Below the pieces are notes generated by a model. That model saw only the letters and a list, made by a program, of their open reading frames with translations, had not been told where the DNA came from and made no database searches. Shown here in pieces: positions 61,701 to 64,000 of a stretch of 64,000 nucleotides of DNA; position 1 is the first letter of the stretch; the number at the start of each line of letters is the position of its first letter. Source of the stretch: a virus (Duplodnaviria; Heunggongvirae; Uroviricota; Caudoviricetes). The translations under genes were made by a program, and so were the position numbers. Location: the IMG/VR virus record IMGVR_UViG_2703718775_000013. One strand, given 5' to 3'.

Positions 61701-62527
61701 CACAGTTTGGCACCATTGGCATTTACAGCAATAAAGCCGAGATCAAGCAGGCAATGGACGCAGCAAGCGCGCGTATCGCAGCAGAACGGGAAGCCAATCT
61801 GAATCATGCAGTCGCCGCACTGACTCAATCGTGGGTAACAGCAATCAGGGAGGCCGCCACCACAGGGAAAATCACACCTGCAATTGCGGATGTCGTAAAC
61901 GACGGCTCTAAATTTATGGATGCCTATCAAATGGATGCGGTGAAGTTGCCATCAGCCTATGGTCAACTCAGCTATCGCATGACCTACAACCTGGTATCAA
62001 TGTTTTCCGACCTTGCCATCCTTGGGCTGGTGGATCTTAACGAGGTTACGCCGGAATTGCTCAGCATGCGCAAGAATCATGTGGAGATATTGCAGAGAAT
62101 TAACACGGTTCTTGCCGGGCGCACCGATGAAGAGAAACAGGCCGACGCTGATCGGATAAACCTGGCCCTTGGCAACATCACGGAGGAAGAAATTGCCGCC
62201 AGAAACGAGAAACAAGAAGAGTTATCATCAATACAGGGTGATGCCACCAGCATAGCTCAGTCTCTTGGTCTGAATTATCGCGTATCCACCGCCGACCTGA
62301 AGATGATGTACGCACCAAAATTCGCCGCTGGCGAGGTATTTGGGCTTCAGGAAGCCTCAGGCATGAAAGGCGTTCTTTTCCGTGCGAAAGACGCAATCAA
62401 GGCGAAATTCGGCGCTCGCTGGCTGCCAGCGAAGGCGAAGAACAGCGATTTCCCGGGTAACTGGTGGATTATCGAGACAAAACACAACGTGGCGGACGTT
62501 CTGGCCGTCATCCAACAATACGCATAA
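55760..62527 (+). CDS. darB: giant antirestriction protein DarB (N-terminal methyltransferase-like region, central helicase domain)
   Basis: 2255-aa ORF; helicase motifs GFGTGLGKTTTALA (Walker A) and ADEGHNYRN (DEAH-like); N-terminal GNVPFGG methyltransferase-like motif; length matches recalled P1 DarB. Confidence 0.85.
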   Translation: MNKLSMGVFRCSSVSEILKYIRAITSHRAPIKYGVEKVEGKSYDRLRREANQKAIDLLNSLVDGATLTDEQRQILAGYTGEGGIGGSVSEYYTPKPIAEGVWEIMKLYGADVGNTLEPSAGTGVFNETKPVGTVMTATEISSVSGRINQLLHPEDSVQISPFEQLAISTPNDSFDHVVGNVPFGGRDNTRNIDKPYAEETDMGSYFMLRMLDKIKPGGFMCVIVPPSIVSGSNMKRLRLRLSRKAEFLGAHRLPTGTFDANGTSTVVDVVLMRKHPAEMAEKIPLVDESTLESANVLWPTFISGKWFEKDGRRFVHGTQEKGFRGRIEVRADGQIDNQALKAKLIHRFESRIDWSLLDMAEPSPTADVVGEGEMRLINGVWQKYAGGRWIEADAGKELKIDAASYGADSWEALQRNLTTTEGRLGMTFTQMANVRDKYTTSISDDMVQLVDWINSQPEKYRERLYRGAMIGRMLIEYQDMKAAGHSAEQIEQQRLSLVSRLQAEIDRFGNPGRGPIAKLSGSGARAWFAFRGAIKLDGTISDELTGKLVTHDSSASYDSTSYQDTLRYLYSDLTRDPIQLDDFRLAFTGELPASDDELLNLLASTPGIAVSPYGGIVPFARATSGDINEIVAPKQEFLATLPDGPVKNNVLNQLAAIEEKRIKTPAENIRFKLNSRWFDRSVILEFLQENGYPDLRYVQSVQLEGDEMVSDTYHGGDGLFVGHRYGVVQRKDKETGEIRYEWDRKSGENATGFPAQLEKYLNGARIGGKDSATANGYREQMALLEDQFNKWIKTHDRYDELVAKYNDVFNSNIPYEHSGDPLGLKGLSGKRQPFDYQNSEVRRLSEDGRGILGFGTGLGKTTTALALEAFNYENGRSTRTAYVVPKAVLENWYYEAKEFLSEEAFSNYLFVGLDVLMDGDQIRQVPVLDENGKPVLGTDGTPVMRDALKLADEATITARMNAIPHSNYRAVVFTKEQYARIPLRDDTVDEHAQDMLYDFVAAGRVASAMDSDSHRKEAARRWVLSEYSDTGTEKAEKYPYFEDMGFDSVIADEGHNYRNSYKNGREASQLAYLPTSAVAQSARDMAIKNAYLMKKNGGRGPVLLTATPVVNTPIDAYNMLSHVLPKEYWQKMGIYGPDDFVKFFGKTRLETVQKISGEVEEKMALVGFENLDALRGIFHRWVTLKTAEDVKDTVEIPELDEHQQDAPLTEEQLAAYEELRQQAEAAAKANNGVTTSVNEDGVIEHEKARPIFSIIRDMDRVCTDMDLYYRRITYRFLPEYADAVQQLADSLPKQATSEDDDSDDSITQQSQYSLIDKGEFIQLQVPEAFEQEVNKRLARFGIDEQTVTHPVTPKYAKLIATLKEFFPEGKQIIFTDEKTQHQKLKRIICNALNLEPSKVGILNAQTVAEAGKTGKKLKAVKPPKELPDEPTDAQIAKYNEQMALYDAYIAQQNEMSLGGLEKIAADFQEGRTPIIICNKKAEVGINLHRGTTDIHHLTLPWTPASIAQRNGRGARVGSNRASVRVHYYCGKGSFDEYRLKTLKRKAGWISDILRSDKSEMENADANDMIEMQMYTAKDDGERLAMMQVQMDKAKAAQRARQKEQATIDLQNYIKAQHAAGEDVEVLTAELERRKAELEKTTADVAKFKQAVMAKAADNADWKARWGSVHHTDRTLLAQYRASLKSAIQRKANISQAISRYEKLLNRTQKAATDIKRLRPLVEDAINKGILDVDPDLVNHASEFLIIGDRSWRVGQYYDCAGDIVRIKSLDFDSQRADVEIIFTFKGTKSGNWDVKTLDKQVDVTPDEDAVMQKISGGVSIAGINDIISCDDFYRFQQRGMIKITDSYGVQTTESGYSIDFVGTYTDPLKHAVYPDRRDGALKSSIAKWVLGMMSEGNNRQVRLAEVFLTELFGSNYGDVIASYGDTLSPEAIQEKIADAIARMPEKTSQGATRNGDSELEVTNAIFGTHEFRASDYEITTAQFGTIGIYSNKAEIKQAMDAASARIAAEREANLNHAVAALTQSWVTAIREAATTGKITPAIADVVNDGSKFMDAYQMDAVKLPSAYGQLSYRMTYNLVSMFSDLAILGLVDLNEVTPELLSMRKNHVEILQRINTVLAGRTDEEKQADADRINLALGNITEEEIAARNEKQEELSSIQGDATSIAQSLGLNYRVSTADLKMMYAPKFAAGEVFGLQEASGMKGVLFRAKDAIKAKFGARWLPAKAKNSDFPGNWWIIETKHNVADVLAVIQQYA

Positions 62528-62560
62528 CAGGAGCGCCCGGTTCGCCGGGCGTCGCATAAT

Positions 62561-63001
62561 ATGGCCACACTATCTGATACAATAAAACCGAATAAAACAT
62601 ATCTTGAGGCGGTACTGCGTACGGCGTTGTTAGGAAAGACAGAAGACGAATACGTTGATTTCTTCCTGTCAGGGCTACGTGGGCGATTACTGAAAAATCC
62701 CCGCCTGTACCGCAGCTATGGCCCATACTGGCCGGAAATTAAAAAATTATTACTGGAGCGCGGTTATGGTAATTTCGGTCGTCTCGTTGACCGTGACGTT
62801 CGCAAAATTTACCGTTATGACCGCCCGGCGCTAACACTCATAGCCGCGACGCTCTACAGCCAGGAGCGTTTTGATAATGGTCAGATATACTCAGCCTGGC
62901 ATTTACTGCCAGTGCCTGAAGAAGTTGACGACCAGGACTATGAGTTTGAGTCTTACGATTTGGAAGTTGAAGCCTTGGCACAGGCTGGAGAGAAAACTTG
63001 A
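62561..63001 (+). CDS. hypothetical protein
   Basis: 146-aa ORF immediately after darB, coupled to next ORF (ATGA overlap). Confidence 0.55.
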   Translation: MATLSDTIKPNKTYLEAVLRTALLGKTEDEYVDFFLSGLRGRLLKNPRLYRSYGPYWPEIKKLLLERGYGNFGRLVDRDVRKIYRYDRPALTLIAATLYSQERFDNGQIYSAWHLLPVPEEVDDQDYEFESYDLEVEALAQAGEKT

Positions 63002-63246
63002 AAAAGCGATACTACACAGTAAAGCATGGGACGCTACGAGCATTACAAGAGTTTGCTGACAAGCATAACGTTGAGGTGCGCAGGGAAGGGGGAAGTAAAG
63101 CTCTGCGCATGTACCGTCCGGACGGGAAATGGCGGACGGTCGTCGATTTCAAAACTAACAGCGTTCCCCAGGGCGTCCGCGACCGGGCATTCGAAGAATG
63201 GGAACAGATCATCATAGATAACGCATTGCTCCTGAATGCGGATTGA
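62998..63246 (+). CDS. hypothetical protein
   Basis: 82-aa ORF coupled to upstream gene. Confidence 0.5.
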   Translation: MKKRYYTVKHGTLRALQEFADKHNVEVRREGGSKALRMYRPDGKWRTVVDFKTNSVPQGVRDRAFEEWEQIIIDNALLLNAD

Positions 63247-63297
63247 TTTATATATCGGGCAGTTGTAGCTGCCCGTTAAATTTTTGCCGCTCTTCAA

Positions 63298-63888
63298 TTA
63301 CACTATATCTTTTACTATAGAATTAGCATCCTCCAGTACGCCAATTTCTTCGATGCGTTTTTTTATTATTAATCGATTTGAAGCAATGATTGTGGACCAT
63401 CTTGTTTCCCAAGCTCTATAAGCATGCCACGAATAACCTAATCTCATTTCTTTGCTCATGTTGGACATTGAGTATTCAACGGCGTCTAAATATTCATTTT
63501 CATACTTAGTTCCACCAATTTCTAAAAGGCTGCCGAAATATATAAGCCATTTTGCAAGCTGCTCGTATTGCTCCCAAGCACCACTCTCTCTTGTTAAATC
63601 TCTTTTTTGTTTTATTATTCTCTTGAAAAAATCAACTACTTGTCCGTCATTCCAGTCGAAACCCTCAGATATAATCGAGGAGGTTATTTGATAGAATGAA
63701 TCTTCTAATCTAAGGTATTCATCCTTATAGTTGAAAGTGCCTGATAAAACTCTTTTTATACTTTGTCTGGCTCTTGCTATGACGCCTTCAATTAACATTA
63801 TGTTAATGCTCAATCTCTTAAAGAAAGAGTCTATTTCGGTGTTGTCAATTACTCGTATTCCAAAACAATAAAAATAATAATCCTTCAT
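63298..63888 (-). CDS. AT-rich hypothetical protein preceded by C1 operator-like site
   Basis: 196-aa ORF, GC clearly lower than backbone; operator-like sequence 30 bp upstream. Confidence 0.55.
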   Translation of the reverse strand: MKDYYFYCFGIRVIDNTEIDSFFKRLSINIMLIEGVIARARQSIKRVLSGTFNYKDEYLRLEDSFYQITSSIISEGFDWNDGQVVDFFKRIIKQKRDLTRESGAWEQYEQLAKWLIYFGSLLEIGGTKYENEYLDAVEYSMSNMSKEMRLGYSWHAYRAWETRWSTIIASNRLIIKKRIEEIGVLEDANSIVKDIV

Positions 63889-63917
63889 ATCTTGACTTAC
63901 TTCACTGCGAGAGATGA

Positions 63918-63934
63918 AAAATATATTAGAGCAC
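63918..63934. promoter_or_regulatory. C1 operator-like site (about 14-15/17 match)
   Basis: AAATATATTAGAGCACA upstream of minus-strand gene 63298-63888. Confidence 0.4.
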
Positions 63935-64000
63935 AGAGCGTTACCTTTCGAGAATATTTTGTAATCATTTATGGTAATGACTCCAACTTATTGATAGTGT

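Noticed and set aside
56080-62568. Numerous 60-177-aa ORFs antisense to or out of frame within darB
   Set aside because: All are embedded in the continuous 2255-aa darB frame which carries helicase motifs; treated as spurious.

Overview
This 64-kb window reads as a large segment of a P1-like temperate phage-plasmid from an enterobacterial host, annotated from sequence and recalled family knowledge only (no database searches were run). Left to right: the 3'-truncated DnaB-type helicase gene ban and a minus-strand operon carrying four tRNA genes (CAU, Thr, Tyr, Asn), an SPFH lipoprotein and long structured non-coding stretches; a bifunctional DNA methyltransferase (dmt) coupled to rdgC; a dispersed lysis locus (Rz/Rz1-type spanin pair); the plasmid replicon (oriR with DnaA box, GATC cluster and iterons, repA, incA-like iterons) and parA-parB-parS; capsid, sheath and tube genes; the lytic replicon kilA-repL; immunity region immI (c4-like RNA, icd, ant); Sit tape measure, baseplate and S/U tail-fibre genes; lydA-lydB holin genes and the Dar antirestriction operon (hdf-darA-ddrA-ddrB); ssb, the SAR endolysin lyz, pro/prt head genes and the giant darB. 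At least seven C1-repressor operator-like sites are present. The most notable non-backbone observations are: (1) a canonical LAGLIDADG intein inserted exactly at the catalytic PCQ motif of the C5-methyltransferase half of dmt; (2) an AT-rich, translationally coupled two-gene cassette downstream of repL behind a C1 operator-like site; (3) an AT-rich island encoding three signal-peptide proteins beside immI; (4) a family of stem-loop elements with compensatory stem changes between the tRNAs; (5) a WcaB/CysE-type acetyltransferase where P1 carries cin and the invertible C segment; (6) a tnpB-only IS200/IS605-family element inserted between ddrA and ddrB. None of the candidate accessory functions could be verified by homology search here.
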